This document shows positions 33,930 through 47,906 of a DNA stretch of 64,000 nt, piece after piece (positions within the stretch are counted from its first letter, which is position 1; the number at the start of each line of letters is the position of its first letter). The position numbers and the translations under genes are program-made. Origin of the DNA: the human T2T-CHM13v2.0 reference genome, Homo sapiens; assembly GCF_009914755.1 (NCBI RefSeq), contig NC_060942.1; one strand, 5' to 3'. Under the pieces are notes generated by a model. It did no database searches. It was not told where the DNA came from and was given only the letters and a program-made list of their open reading frames with translations.

Positions 33930-36900
33930 GAAAATGCTGGATGTTTCTAAGCCATATTCTGCATGAAAACATATGATAAACTTCTAGTGCCTAATTTATT
34001 TTCCCAAGATGCAACATCTATACTATGAAAAATACTCATTATGGCATGGGAAATTTAAGTGGCAGCCGTGGTCTAATCTGAATACTGTTTTAAACTTTTC
34101 TCATGGGGATTTCAAGATTACCAATTACCTATAGTTTTATTTACTCAAAGTTTTATTTTAAAATTTATTTTAAAACAAATTTAAATTTTATTTTAAAAGT
34201 TTTTTTAACTTTTCAATTTATTTTTAATTGACAATATTTGTCAATTAAAATATAGTATTATTTTGCAGTAAGATTTGATTGAATTTGATTTTTTGTTACA
34301 TTTTGATTTTTTGTTTACCATAAATAATTGACTTTAAAAAATTCAATTAACTTTATTTTTACACTGTATTTTTCAGCCCATAAAATACAAATCAAATTTT
34401 CAAATGAAAAGAATATTAGAATTTTATAAATGTTTATAGGCTAATAACTTGACACACTTTAGATCTCAGGCTACTAATGGCCTATAAACTTGAAATGTGA
34501 TTTACAACATTATATGGCAAACTAAGTGATATACATAGGCATGTAGTTTTAAATAATACTTTGTTAAATTAAAGAAGTATCTTAAAATGACTTCTTTTCA
34601 TTTGGAAAATATAGCCTTTGTCTTATTCAACAAGGGAATACTAAATTGTTAAACTTTATATCTAGAAGTGACATAACCCTTTATTTTGTTAATGGAGGAA
34701 CTGAAATCAAGGAGTTCATCATTTATCTAATATTCTTCCTAGATCATGTGGCACTGTGAGATCTTAACATAGAGATCTAATTGCCATTTGATTATGATGT
34801 TTCTTTTAGTATAAGTTGAGATAAAGCAGATCATATTCATCTGCATAAATATCTAATTTCGTACCAGCTTCCTTAAACCTAGTAAATTGTAATAAATGAT
34901 CTAATCAATTACTCCATAAAGGGTAGGTAATGTTTTTCTCCTTTTATTATAGAAAATATAATATTCGATAATTTATATATTTCATATAAAGCATTGACTT
35001 ACGGGCTAATTCATTAAATTAACATAGTTGATTATAAACCCTAACGTATAACATTTCAAACTATTGTGTCATGTTAATCACTAACATAAAATCCCCTACT
35101 AACAGTATATATTTCTTTATCAACTAATTATCCTCTATAAAGCACATTTTGTATTTTTTAAATAACAGCACAAGTCAGCGTCTGACCTTTTCTAGAAACG
35201 ATTGAAACTGCCTAACAATGCTCTGGATACTGCTTCTTTGATGGTCCTTGAAAAAGTCTTTCTTTTCATTTAAAATTTATTTGTCTCCTGAGTCACATCC
35301 TGTAAACTTTCTTACAATGAAAACCACCAAATGTCATCTGTAATTGATTATTAACCATTCTTGAATTCATTTATTAGTTCCAAATATGAATCTCTCCTAT
35401 ATTCTGTGCTGTCTTATATAATTGGTTTGATTATTGTGAATAAACAATAGTGATAGTACCCTCAATTATTGTTGATGCTTCAAAAGTCAACACCCGGGTG
35501 AGTCATCACTCCTAGTTAAAAATATTGGATGATCTACAAACCTGTGAAAATCATAAGTGAATAAATTTATCAATAAACAATCCAAATGCCACATGCTGAT
35601 AAAACTTCTCACCAGGAATGATTTAGCAAAAAGTATGTTTGGATATACATAAGAAAATAATCAAAATATTTTAATTATTTAATTTAATTATTAATATAAG
35701 TAATTAGCCATTTTGGAACAATCCTTTAATTTTTATCATATAATTTTTAGAAGTATGAACAATTCATTTTATAAAAAAAGCAAAAATTGAGCAAAAAAAA
35801 CTTAAAAAATAGTATATATCAATGGCAATGGATGATTATAAAATCAAATTTTCTTAGATTATACATGCATTTCTGTTCTATGAATTAAAATTTATTTGGG
35901 GTTTGATAATACAGTATAACATTCTGTAATTGAAATTATAATGTACATGCAGAAAGAAATTTCAGAATAATTAGAAAATATACAATAGACTAATATAGCA
36001 TACTTTAATATAAACTGTAATGAAGTAGTTGTTTCTTTTGATCACATTTAATTTTTTATTTTTCCTCTGAAATGTTTATAAGCAAGTGTCTCATCAATCT
36101 TTGTACCATACTATATTGTTAAAAAGTCTTTCTTAAATCATCTGGATAAAACTAACATTCAGGAATTATGCCAAGCAAGTTTTTTATTAAATATTAAAGG
36201 TAAATGATTTTGTTCATGGTAAGAACAGTGTCAGTAAGTGTTTTGCAGACTCATTCATTCTATGCCACTAAAAACAATAGTAAAATAGTGTTTAATGAAA
36301 AACTGTCTCTCTGTTTTATATAATCAACTCATAGTACTTGAAAAATACTGTCTCCTTATCCGCGTGACCCTATGTACACAGGAGCAGGTCTTCAATGGCA
36401 CCAGAGGGGCATACTCCCATTACTTAAGCCTTTTAAACCACAACCACCTCATCATTTCTCCAGATTCAAGGAGGTGTGTGTCTTTAAGGGTGTCTCTGGC
36501 TGAGAATTCTGCCTTCACCATTATACTTAATATTACTTGTATCTCATTTATTATGAACATCTCTTCCCATCTCTTTGACTTATACCTACTTGAATGTAGA
36601 ACTTAAACTCCTTTTTATATTCTCCCACGCAGGCTAACAACAGCAATGAGTAGACAACAGCATTAACTGATACCAAGGATTAAATATCCCCACTCTTAAA
36701 ACACTCAAGTCAATCAAATGTGTGATTTTTTTTCTATTGACTGCCTCAGAGCCACAGTAAAAGTATTCCTGCCACATTATTTTGCACAGCAATTGAGCTA
36801 ATTCTATTAACTACCTCTACATTCAAGTTACAGAATTACCTGATTCTGTACCCTAAGTCAGAAATAGCTCTGTTAAAAGGAGAGGCACCCCTAGGTGCCA

Positions 36901-37227
36901 GGTGCTCTCCTGCAAAATCACTAATAATTCTTTTTTCTTCTTAACATGTTCTCCTGTTTCTCATGGGGAATCAACAGTTTCTAAGTGTGTGATTTTGTAT
37001 TAAGATTTGACTTAAAGTAGGCAAAATAGGGTCCTTGCTCAGCGTGTCAATTGTCTTTCATTTCTTCCTGGATCCACTGTACAACTTTGCTTTCTCCTAA
37101 GTGAGAGCCTTACTGTCCCATTGGAGAATTGTTTCTGTCTACAGAGTGATGTGTGGATAAAGAGAGAGTTGTTTGACTTTTCTCTTCATCATCATCACCT
37201 CACTCAGATTATACATATGTATAACAT

Positions 37228-38960
37228 TGTCACAGGATCCTCAGGGTGTCGCTTTGCCAGCCAGAAACCTCTGTGGCCAGCATCACCCCTGCTGGGGTAT
37301 TACTCACACCTGCTGGGGTCATTCTGCCCACTCAGCCTGACAGACTGAACTCAGCTTGAGCTACTGGCGTGGATCCCACACCTGTCAAGGGCAAGCCAGG
37401 CATGGAGTAATGAGGGATGTGTGGATGAGTGAACATGGGGTCTGGCCACTGCGCACAGCCAGGCGCACCAGCTGCAGTGGGATGGGCAGCTCCAAGAGCT
37501 AGCACAGGCACCAGCTCCGTGAGAGGCTGTGGCTGGAGCAAGGGTGCTCCACACCCTTGGTGTGGGCACCAGGGAACACTGTGGTGCCCAAAAGCTCAGA
37601 GATGCTAGGAACTACAGAGCCCCAAAGAAGGTGTTACAGCATATCACAGCCCAGGCTTGGGGAGCCAAGGTCTGGATCACGAGAAGGGCAACAGCTCCTC
37701 TCTGCTTCTCATCGTCAGCAGTGTGGCGAGCAGTGGGGCATGTTTTGGCCTGTTTTTGTTACAGCTCTTTCAATCCTGCTTCCCCACTCCAGCCTGTGGT
37801 TCCTGGGCTGGCCTGGCCCTACCGCTGCTTCCCGTTGTGTGACACGGTCACTTGGTGTCGGTGGAGGGCGCAAGAGCTATAGTGTTACAGCAGCTCTGGC
37901 TTGGGGGATCTCGAGGTCTGGGTCCCCGAAGGCTCCCCACCCTTCACTTTCACAGTCTGGCAGCATGTCACCATCTGCAGCTCAGCAAGCCAGGAATGTG
38001 TTACAGCTCCTTTCACTCCTGTCGTTCTGTGGGTCTCAAGTTCTTGTCCTGCATCCAGGAAGAATGAGGTTGTGTGGATAACTAGAGGGTAACGAGATGG
38101 AGAGGAGTTTTATTGACTGACATAAGAGCTCTCAGGAGACCTGAAGTAGATAGTTTTTTTGCACAGGCAGGTTGTCCCCAAGAGTGTATGAGTCTGGCTA
38201 AGCCTGAGGTTTTTATGGGCTCAGAGGGTGGAAGTGCGTGCTGATTGATTGGTCCATGGGACGCCATGGGCAGGCCTAGAAAAGACACCATAAGTTCTTG
38301 CTCTGGGTCATGGATTCTAACAGGAACTGGCAGCCCAGCTGCCAAACTTCAAGTGGTCCCTGGCTTGAATGTGATGCTTCAGGGGGACCTGCCCTTTCCC
38401 GCCTAGGAACCTCTCTGCCTCCTGACACCATCAACATGCTGTCCACGGTGCCCAGGTTGTTTGGACCAAAGGGGCACCTGCAGGTCCATGACAAGCTACC
38501 CTCAGAACCGCCCAGATTCTCTCCTATGCTTATTGGCACCCAAAGTCCAGAGGAGACTGAGGCACAAGGGGGCTAGCATGTCAGTACCACCCCAAGCACC
38601 CACAGACCCAGCTGGGTCACAAAAGTGCCCAGGTTTGGCCATGACTTTGCTCTGCAATGGAGAGGGCGCTGGGAGGGGAGAGAGGTCAGGGAGTGGGAGC
38701 AGGCACTTCTGAGCCGGAGGGGCAGAAGGCTTTCCAGAGCCTTGAGAATGCAGGGATTCCCAGGTCCAGCACAATGGCTAAGTGGCTGCAGCTGCACCTG
38801 GGAGTGTGGGGCTCCTGCCCTGCCAACTCGGTAGGCCATGGGACTCCCACCTTTTTCCAGCCCCTGCTGGCTCTGTGGAGTGTGCAGCCCCAGCCATGCC
38901 TCCTTGATTGCAGCTTGTTTCCCTGCATTGGCTGCTCCAGACGGGCCACCGCTGCCATCA
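37228..38960 (-). mobile_element. MER52-family ERV1 solo LTR (~1.7 kb, GC-rich)
   Basis: Minus strand starts tgatggcagcggtggcccgtctggagc and ends ggatcctgtgaca; minus-strand AATAAA (~38109) and CCAAT; flanks acat/atat. Confidence 0.88.
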
Positions 38961-39479
38961 ATATCTATAGCAGTTGTGCATTTATTATGTCATTATATGT
39001 GCATTATATTGTGTTGGGGGGTTTGAGAAGTATAATTGAGAGAAGACTTGGGAGCCAGTTGTAATTTCAGTGTTCATAAAATTTTTCTAAAGCTACACCC
39101 AATGTATCCAGTCTGGGCTGATAATTTGATCTATGGTGTAATCGTTTGGCAAATGACTTTTAAACAATTCTCTTCTTCTGTCACCTAAATGATTAATGGA
39201 GGTTAGTCTAGGGAATTAAGAGGAATAGTTTTTTGGATTGGGATTCATTACTAACCATAATTTTTAAGTGATGGAAAGAGGCAATTGGGTATGAGTGAAG
39301 TATTAAAGTGCTTTTGTATGAACCTATTGATTACACATAATAAATGTGTAGATGGGCTATTTACTAATGTTAGCTGCTCCACTATATTGATTCTAGCATG
39401 TATGATTTGACCCTATGATTATTTGTAAATACCATGCATCAGACAAAAGTTAATTTTAAAGGTATCATTCACTGAGTTT

Positions 39480-40080
39480 TGTCAATCATTATATAGAATA
39501 TTTCCATAGCCTATATTCCCCCTTGTATACTTTTCCAGCCAGTCACCTCTCCCACCAGCACCATTGTTTTTGCTTTCTGTCAATAAAGTTTTGCAATCTC
39601 AACATTTTTACTTTTAATAGAATTTATTATAGTTTGTGAATTTTTTTGTTTTTTTCATTTGCCATTCCCTGGTGATTAATTCATGTTATTGCTTATATAC
39701 AAGTATTTGGTTCATTTTATTGTTGAACAATATTCTATTTTATGGCCTTTATTTGTATATCTGATAGTAGACAGATGAAAATTTATTGTTTCATTTTATT
39801 TTTTCATTTTTTTAGCTACCATGAATAAAGCCAAAAAAACCATTCAAGCAAATATCTTCGTGTGAACATATGTTTTTTTTTTATTATTCTTGAATAATTA
39901 CTCAGCAGTAAAACTGTAGATCTTATGGAAAGTATATGATTAACACTGTAAGAAATTGACAAAATGTTTTCTACAGAAGCTCACCAATTTGCATTCTCAT
40001 AAGTAACATTCAAGAATTCCAGTTGCTCTGTATTTTCACATACGCTTTATTTTGCAAAACTTAAATTTTAACTATTATAG
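39480..40080 (-). mobile_element. L1ME-like 3' fragment
   Basis: Degenerate antisense L1 (accatgaataaagcc; tgtgaacatatgtttt; aattccagttgctctg). Confidence 0.6.
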
Positions 40081-40089
40081 TATGGTAAT

Positions 40090-40738
40090 TGTATTAGTCT
40101 GTTTTCACACTGCTGATAAAGACACAAGGCTAAGAAGAAAAAGAGGTTTAAATGGACTTACAGTTGCACATGTCTGAGGAGGCCTCAGAATCATGATGGA
40201 AGGAAAAAGGTACTTCTTACATGGTGGCGGCAAGAGAGAATGAGGAAGAAGCAAAAGCAGAAACCCCTGATAAATGCATCAGATCTTATGAGATTCATTC
40301 ATTATCATGAAAATAGCATGGGAAAGACCAGCCTCTGTGATCCAATTACATCTCCCTGGGTTCCTCACACAACATGTGGGAATTCTGGAAGATACAATTC
40401 AAGTTGAGATTTGGGTGGGGACACAGCAAACCATATCATTCCACCCCTCATCCTTCCAAATCTCATGTCCTCACATTTCAAAACAAATCATGCCTTCCAA
40501 ACAGTCCCCCAAAGTCTTAACTCATTGCCGCATTAACCCAAAAGTCCACAGTCCAAAGTCTTATCCAAGAAAAGGCAAGTACCTTCTACCTATGAGCCTG
40601 TAAAATCAAAAGCAATCTAGTTACTTCCTAGATACAATGGGGGTACAGGTATAGAGTAAATACAGCCATTCAAAATGGGAGAAAGTGGCCAAAACAAAGG
40701 GGTTTCAGGGCCCATGCAAGTCCAAAATCAAGCAGGAT
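40090..40738 (-). mobile_element. THE1A-like 3' LTR (40090-40438) plus ~300 bp of THE1 internal 3' end
   Basis: tgtattagtc...ccatatca followed by ccaaatctcatgtcctcacatttcaaaac. Confidence 0.9.
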
Positions 40739-40761
40739 GAAAAGACAAACTACTGCATGCA

Positions 40762-42185
40762 CATTCATGCATCACATCACAATGTTTCAGTGAATGATGG
40801 GCCACTTATAGAATGGTGGTTTCATAAGATTATGATGGAGCTATCACCTACTGATGTCACAGCCTTCATATCGTCATATTACAACACAATACTCACGTGT
40901 TTCTGGTGATGCTAATGTAAGAAAACCTACTGTGATTCCAGTCATATGAAAATACAGCAATACAATTAAGTACAGTACATAAAGTTTGGTAATGATAATA
41001 AACTTACTAGTTTATGTATTTACTATACTATATATATATATTTTTTTCAATTTCTGATTGTTTATTCCTAGCATATAGGAATAGAATTGATTTTTTAAAT
41101 TATACATTAAGTTCTGGGGTACATGTGCAGAAAGTACAGGTTTGTTACATAGGTATACATATGCCATGGTGGTTTGCTGCACCCATCAACCCATCAACTA
41201 CATTAGGTATTTCTCCTAATGCTATCCCTCCCCCAGTCCCCCACCCCTCAACAGGCCCTGGTGTGTGATGTTCCCCTCCCTGTGTCCATGTGTTCCTATT
41301 GTTCAACTTCCACTTATGAGTGAGAACATGCAGTGTTTGGTTTTCTGTTCTTGTGTTAGTTTGCTGAGAATGATGGTTTCCAGCTTCATCCATGTCCGTG
41401 CAAAGGACATGACTCATCCTTTTTAATGGCTGCATAACTATACTATATTTCATTGCTACTTTAGGGTGTACTCCTTCTACATATTAAAACAAAGTTAGCT
41501 GTAAAACAGCCTCTGGCAAGTACCTCAGAAGGTCTTCCAAATGAAAGCATTGTTATCGTAGGACATGACTGATCCATGCATGTTATTGCCCGGAAGACCC
41601 TCCACTGGGACGAGATGTGGAGGTGGAAGATGGTAATATTGATGATGCTGACTCTGGTACCCTAGCCTAATATGTGTATTTGTGTCTTACTCTTAACAAA
41701 GAAGTTTGTAGAGTAAATTTAAAAATTTAAAAATAGGAAAAAGCTTATAGAAAGAATATAAAGAAAATATTTTTCTACAACTATACAATGTGTTTTAAGT
41801 GTTATTATAAAAGACTCAAATAGTTAATAGTATATAAAAAGTTTATAAAGTAAAAATTTATAGTAAGTTAAGGTTAATTTATCATTGGGAAAAAGTATTA
41901 AAAAAATAAATGTGGTGTAGCCTAAGTGTAGAGTGTTTATAAAGTCTCCAGCAGCGTATACATATATCCTAGGCTTTCATGTTTACTCACTGCTCACTCA
42001 CTGACTCACTGAGGAAATTTCGGTCTTGCAAGCTGCATTCATCATAGGTGCCCTATATAGGTGTACCACTTTTAGTCTTTTATGCCATTTTTTACTATGA
42101 CTTTTCTGTGCTTAGATATGTTTAGATACACAAATACTTAAAATTCTATTTCCTATACTATTTAGTAGAGTAACATACTATAAAT
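40762..42185 (+). mobile_element. Tigger3 (GOLEM/MER7)-like DNA transposon split by an L1PA
   Basis: cataagattatgatggagct, tactcacgtgtttctggtgatgct, tgtactccttctac, ggtgccctatataggtgtacca. Confidence 0.85.
41034..41436 (-). mobile_element. 5'-truncated L1PA (about PA7/8) 3' end with extra downstream segment
   Basis: aagttctggggtacatgtgcag...atggctgcata; perfect 12-bp TSD actatactatat (41022-41033, 41437-41448). Confidence 0.92.
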
Positions 42186-42326
42186 GTCTGCTTCTATCCT
42201 GGATCTGTAACCTCTTTCACAGAAAGTGAGACTGAGAACAGAGATAACCTTTCTTTCTTAGAATCAATGGATTCAATGACCAATTTATTCTCTTTGGTAA
42301 ATATCTCTTTTCCCAAAGGCAATAGC

Positions 42327-43692
42327 TGATATGGTTTGGCTGTGTCCCCATCCAAATCTCAACTTCAGTTGTAGCTCCCATAATTCCCACGTGTTGTGGG
42401 AGGGACTTGGTGTAAGATAATTGAATCATAGGGGCGGTTTCCCCCATACTGTTCTCATGGTAATGAATAAGTCCCATGAGATCTGATGGTTTTATAACGG
42501 GAAATACCTTTTACTTGGTTCTCATTCTCTCTTGTCTGCTGCCATGTAAGATATGCCTTTTGCCTTCCACTGTGAGTGTGAGGCCTTGCCAGCCACGTGG
42601 AACTGTGAGTCCATTAAACCTCTTTTTCTTATAAATTACCCAGTTTCAGGTATGTCTTTATCAGCAGCATGAATACAGACTAATACAGTAAATTGATACC
42701 AGTAGCATGGGGCACTGCTGAAAAGATACCTGAAAATGTGGAAGCGAGTTTGGAACTGGGTAACAGGCAGAGGCTGAAACAGTTTGGAGGGCTCAGAAGA
42801 AGACAGGAAAATGTGGGAAAGTTTGAAACTTCCTAGAGACTTGTTGAATGGCTTTAACCAAAATGCTGATAATGATATGGACAATGAAATCCAGACTCAG
42901 GTGGTCTCAGATGGAAATGAGGAACTTGTTAGGAACTGGAGCAAAGGTGACACTTGTTATATTTTAGCAAAGAGACTGGTGGCATTTTTCCCTTTCTCTA
43001 GAGATTTGTGGAACTTTGAGCATTAGGGAGACGATTTAGAGCATCTGGCAGAAGAAATTTCAAAGTAGCAAAGCATTCATGGGGTGACTTGGGTACTGTT
43101 AAAAACATTCAGTTTTAAAAGGGAAACAGAACATAAAAGTTCAAAAAAATTGCAGCTTGATGTGACAGAAAAGAAAGACACATTTTCTGAGGAGAAATTC
43201 AATCCTGCTGCAGAAATTTGCATGAGTAATGAGGACCCAAATGTTAATTGTCAAGACAATAGGGAAGAGGTCTCCCGGGCATGTCAGAGACCTTTGTGGC
43301 AGCCCCTCCCATCACAAGCCCAGAGGTCTAGGAGGAAAAAGTGGTTTTGTGGGCAGGCCCAGGGCCCCCCTACTCTGTGCAGCCTAAGGACTTGGTGTTC
43401 TGCATCCCAGCCGCTCTAGCCATGGCTAAAAGGGGCAAAAAGACAGCTTGGGCCGTGGCTTCGGAGGGTACAAGCCCCAAGCCTTGGCAGCTTCCATGTG
43501 GTGTTGAGCCTGCGGTTGCACAGAAGTAAAGAATTGAGGTTTGGGAACCTCTGCCTAGATTTCAGAAGATGTATGGAAATGCCTGGATGTACAGACAGAA
43601 GTTTGCTGCAGGGGTGGGGCCCTCATGGAAAACATCTGCTAGGGCAGTATGGAAGGGAAATGTGGAGTTGAGGCCCCCACACAGTCCCCACT
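42327..43692 (+). mobile_element. THE1C-like 5' LTR (42327-42687) plus ~1 kb THE1 internal, 3'-truncated
   Basis: tgatatggtttggctgtgtcccc...actaataca, then gtaaattgatacca...ttggaactgggtaacaggcagagg. Confidence 0.92.
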
Positions 43693-45289
43693 GGAAGTCT
43701 GATGGGATTTGTAGCAGAACAATTACAAAGTTAATTCCAGAAGACTATGTTCCATCCAGATATTTTGAGATGCTGGTTGAATTTACCTATGTGCTTAAAA
43801 AAAACTATTATTTACTGTATTCCATTTATTTAAACTCAAGAGAGATGTTAACTGTAGCTAAGGTGTTGACTTCAAGGAATTTACTATTAATCACCATCTC
43901 TCAACTGATGTATAAAAAACAAATGCAATTTTCTTCTAATACCTAGGCTAATTAGGTTGGATAAATTGTCAGTGAGGATATATACACTCTTTTGTAAAAG
44001 ATTTCCTAATAGTCTATGTTTCCTCAATTATCAATCAGAAGTGATATTTTTATTGTAAATTTACTTTCATAACTATGATGGATTTAATATTTAGCATTAG
44101 GACATGCAGAATATCTTTGTTTTAAAGATTTGTATAAAATTAGTGATATTTTGATACAAAGTAGAACTCCATAGAGGACTGGCCCAAATCCATATGTTTG
44201 GACACATTGCATCAGTTTATCCTGTCCTTCTAATTTAGTCTAGAAGGGAGGAAGGAGGAAGGGAAGTCAAACACAGAGAACATGATGTGAGACAGCTGAG
44301 AATGCTCGTGCGTTCAGTGTATCATTGAAACTCTGTAAAGCCCTTTACACACATTATTTTAGCTTATTTTTGTCCCATGGAATTGAATTTATCCCTTTGA
44401 TTTTAATGAGAAAATTTAATCGTTCAGAAGGTAAACCTCTTTCTGATATTGTACTGAAGTTGCTATACATGCTAATATCTTGCTGAAGTAATAAAAACAA
44501 TATTAATGGACTTTGAGAAACATATACACTACTAAAATCTACACTATAATGAACTACTGTTTGACTAATTCAAATTTTCTGAAACATAAAATTAAGATAT
44601 TAAATTAATATATTTTATTCTAATGGAATAGAATGGATTTCAATTTCAATTCCATAATAATGATGTTCATTACCAAAGAAAAAGTATATGCTAAATTATA
44701 GTTAAGATAATAATATTAAATTATGTGGGTTATTTAAAGTTTAAAGCTAAATGTTTATCTCTCAAAAATATTTTAATAGCTTGAATACTGTATATTAATT
44801 GTATCACGTGGCTTAAAATATTATGGGAAAATTATCTTTGAAGATATTGTGCCATGTCCTATGGCGCATCAGCAAGTGAGAAATTGCAATTTAATAGAGG
44901 GAGTGTCAAACTAAAATTGCAATTTTCTCAAATATTTGTTTTGCTTATTTGTCAATTAACATATTATACAATTCATTGAACTTAATTTTCTAGGCATCCC
45001 CAACGCGCTAATTAAGACCACATGCTTTGCAACTTTACAATCAGATGGTGCGCTTTAGTCTTTAAAAAATACAACAATGCCAAATTAGGTTAATATTTAC
45101 TATAAGAAACAATATCAAATAAATATATGAAATCCAGGCATTGTTAGATAGTTGAAAAGTATCCAAGTTTATATAGGAAGTGATTATAAAAGGAGTGTGC
45201 TGCAGCTGGTGTAAATTTTGGGGATTAGCCTTGAATTCTGCCTTTCACAACTCCCTACTTAACCACAAGTGGGAGACACTTCTTGAGAT

Positions 45290-45400
45290 TTTGGATGTCT
45301 TACACAATAAACCTTTGCCCAGACCAATATCCTGAAGCATTCCCCTAATGTTTTCTTCTAGTAGTTTTGTAGTTTCAGATCTCAGATTTAAGTCTTTAAT
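45290..45400 (-). mobile_element. Short L1 ORF2 fragment
   Basis: ctttgcccagaccaatatcctgaagcattcccctaatgttttcttctagtag. Confidence 0.8.
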
Positions 45401-47694
45401 CCCAGAACCACATGTCTTGATAATTTTGACAGAAATTCCTGGGGAAATTTGCAATTTTTCAAATCTGGGTTTTATGTCTACAGCTGTAGTTCATGGACAA
45501 GGTTCATCATCACAACATAATGTAATGGTTTATTGGAAACAAAAGATTTGTTTTAAAAAAGAAGAAAAAGAAATCATTTTGAAGAGCCAAGCACTTTAGC
45601 CAACACAATTTCACATCAATGAGTCAATAAATACATGTTGAGTGAATAACTATGTGCTAGATAGTGAATGTGTTATTTCTTGAGGCTTCATATTTTGAAA
45701 AATAAACATATACTCTCTAAAATTTGATATTATAAGTTCATTGAACAAACAAATTAATTCACTGTAAAATTTTCAAAGACGTAAACTGTAGCTAAGCAGC
45801 TAACCTGGACTGCATCAAGACAGGTGTTTTTTTTTTGGAGAAAAAGAAGCTAATATGAAATACAGTAAGAATTAATCAAGTAAAGAGCCGGACAAAAAAT
45901 CTTCCCATGAGAAGTATCGGAAACAAAATATAGAGATAACCTTTTCTCTAGGAAAATAAAATGTTCAGTATGATTTGACTATGACAATAAGAAAAAAGGC
46001 TATAATAAAAAAATGAAGTTAGAAAAGAAAAAAAAATGGCCAAGTAATAGCAAAACACATAAGTAAACTTACTGGTTTAATGTTATTCTACTTTCAAAGT
46101 AAATGGTTACAGGTATTTTAATTAAAGTACATAACAGCATCAGAAATGTGATTTAGAAAGCTTTCCCTTACTGTGGTAGAAAAAGTATTTTAGAGGAGTC
46201 TAGGCATGAGTCATAAAGATTACTGAATGTAGTAGACCAGGTTAGAAGCAGACAGAGACTAGTAATTCGCCTCAGACCACTGATTTTGTATTAAACAAAT
46301 AAATGTTGAATGCTTATCATAGATGTGGACTCTCAGAATTCAATAATGTAAACATCAGCCAGTGATCCCTGGGAAAAGAGAGATAATAATCATAATAAGT
46401 CAATATATTATCGGTTAGGAGATGACGGTAAACACTAGCAAGAAAGGCAAACACAGATCTGTGGTCAGGGCCATCAGGATTACTGTGGACAGGTTTGAAC
46501 GGAACATGTAAATAAAGAATTCAGGACTTCTGGTTCCATAATGATGGTATAGAAGCAAGACGGCATTACTCCTTTTCACCACAGAAATCCAAAAATGACA
46601 GCATTGAGATTATCACCAGCAATGTTCCAGAATTCAAATATGAAGACAAGACAGTTGCTGGGGCCAGAGAAAAGTAAAAAAAAAACTTTGAGCATATGAT
46701 AAGAGAATAGGGTTTTCCTATTTGCAATGCCCATCTTCTTATTCTGCCTGGCACAAAGTACATAAAAAATATTCCCCCAATTCACAGTTTATACTGGCAA
46801 AAGTGAGATCGACGTGGACAACTAGCTTCTCCACAATCTTGAGTTACCTCACAGGAGATGTGTCCCTGCCTTAACCCACAGGACGCATCATGAGTGCGTG
46901 AAGGGAGAAATACCTCTGAGAACAAGCAGAGACAATGGGTGAAGGTGGGAATACCATCCCCAACCCTGGAAACTCTGCTTTGTAACTTCGACAAAGGAGA
47001 CACAAAATCAGAATGTCTGTCCAGTAGTTCCATGCTGTAGGCAGTGCCAGGTGCCCTGGGCACAAAGACCTTGCCAGCCTTGCCACACTGCCAGACATCC
47101 CCATTGTAATGTCTCCCATTCGAGAAGGGCAGTACTCTGATCCTATACTAGTGATCCAGGATACAAGGTGAACCAGGACTTAAGGCACCATTTAGAGACC
47201 AAAAAAGAGCAGCGACCTAGCAGTAAAGTACATCTAAGAAAGTATATTCAGTAAATGCTAAAATACATCAGACAGAGAAGACTAGAACAAAAATTAATCT
47301 TTCAATGCAAAGACATAGACATACATCCATATCCATAAGTAACAACAACAAACAAGAATCATTATCTCCCCAAATGAACAAGCAAGAATCCATTGACTGA
47401 TCCCAACACGATGGCAGCATGTGAACTCTTAGACCAAGAATTTAAAACTGCAGTTCTACAGAAACTCAGTGATCTTCATGATAACACAGAAAAGCCATTT
47501 AGAATTGTGTTAGAGAAATATAACAAAGAGATTGTAATAACAGACAAAATCAAACAGAAATTTTGAAACTGACAAATGCATTTGTTGAACTGAAAAATTC
47601 ACTAGAGGCTTTCACTAGCTGAATGGATCAAGTAGAGGAGAAACTCAGTGAGCTCAAAGAGAAGCTATTTGAAAATATACAGTCATGGAATTAA

Positions 47695-47906
<212 letters not shown>

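Noticed and set aside
37332-39064. Cluster of overlapping ORFs up to 174 aa
   Set aside because: They lie essentially within the GC-rich MER52 LTR, where stops are rare; no recognisable domains
40090-43692. Two complementary THE1 halves (inverted 3' half and forward 5' half) suggesting one provirus broken by an inversion
   Set aside because: The LTRs differ at subfamily-level segments (THE1A-like vs THE1C-like), and the predicted TSDs disagree (gtaat vs gctat); two independent truncated elements fit better
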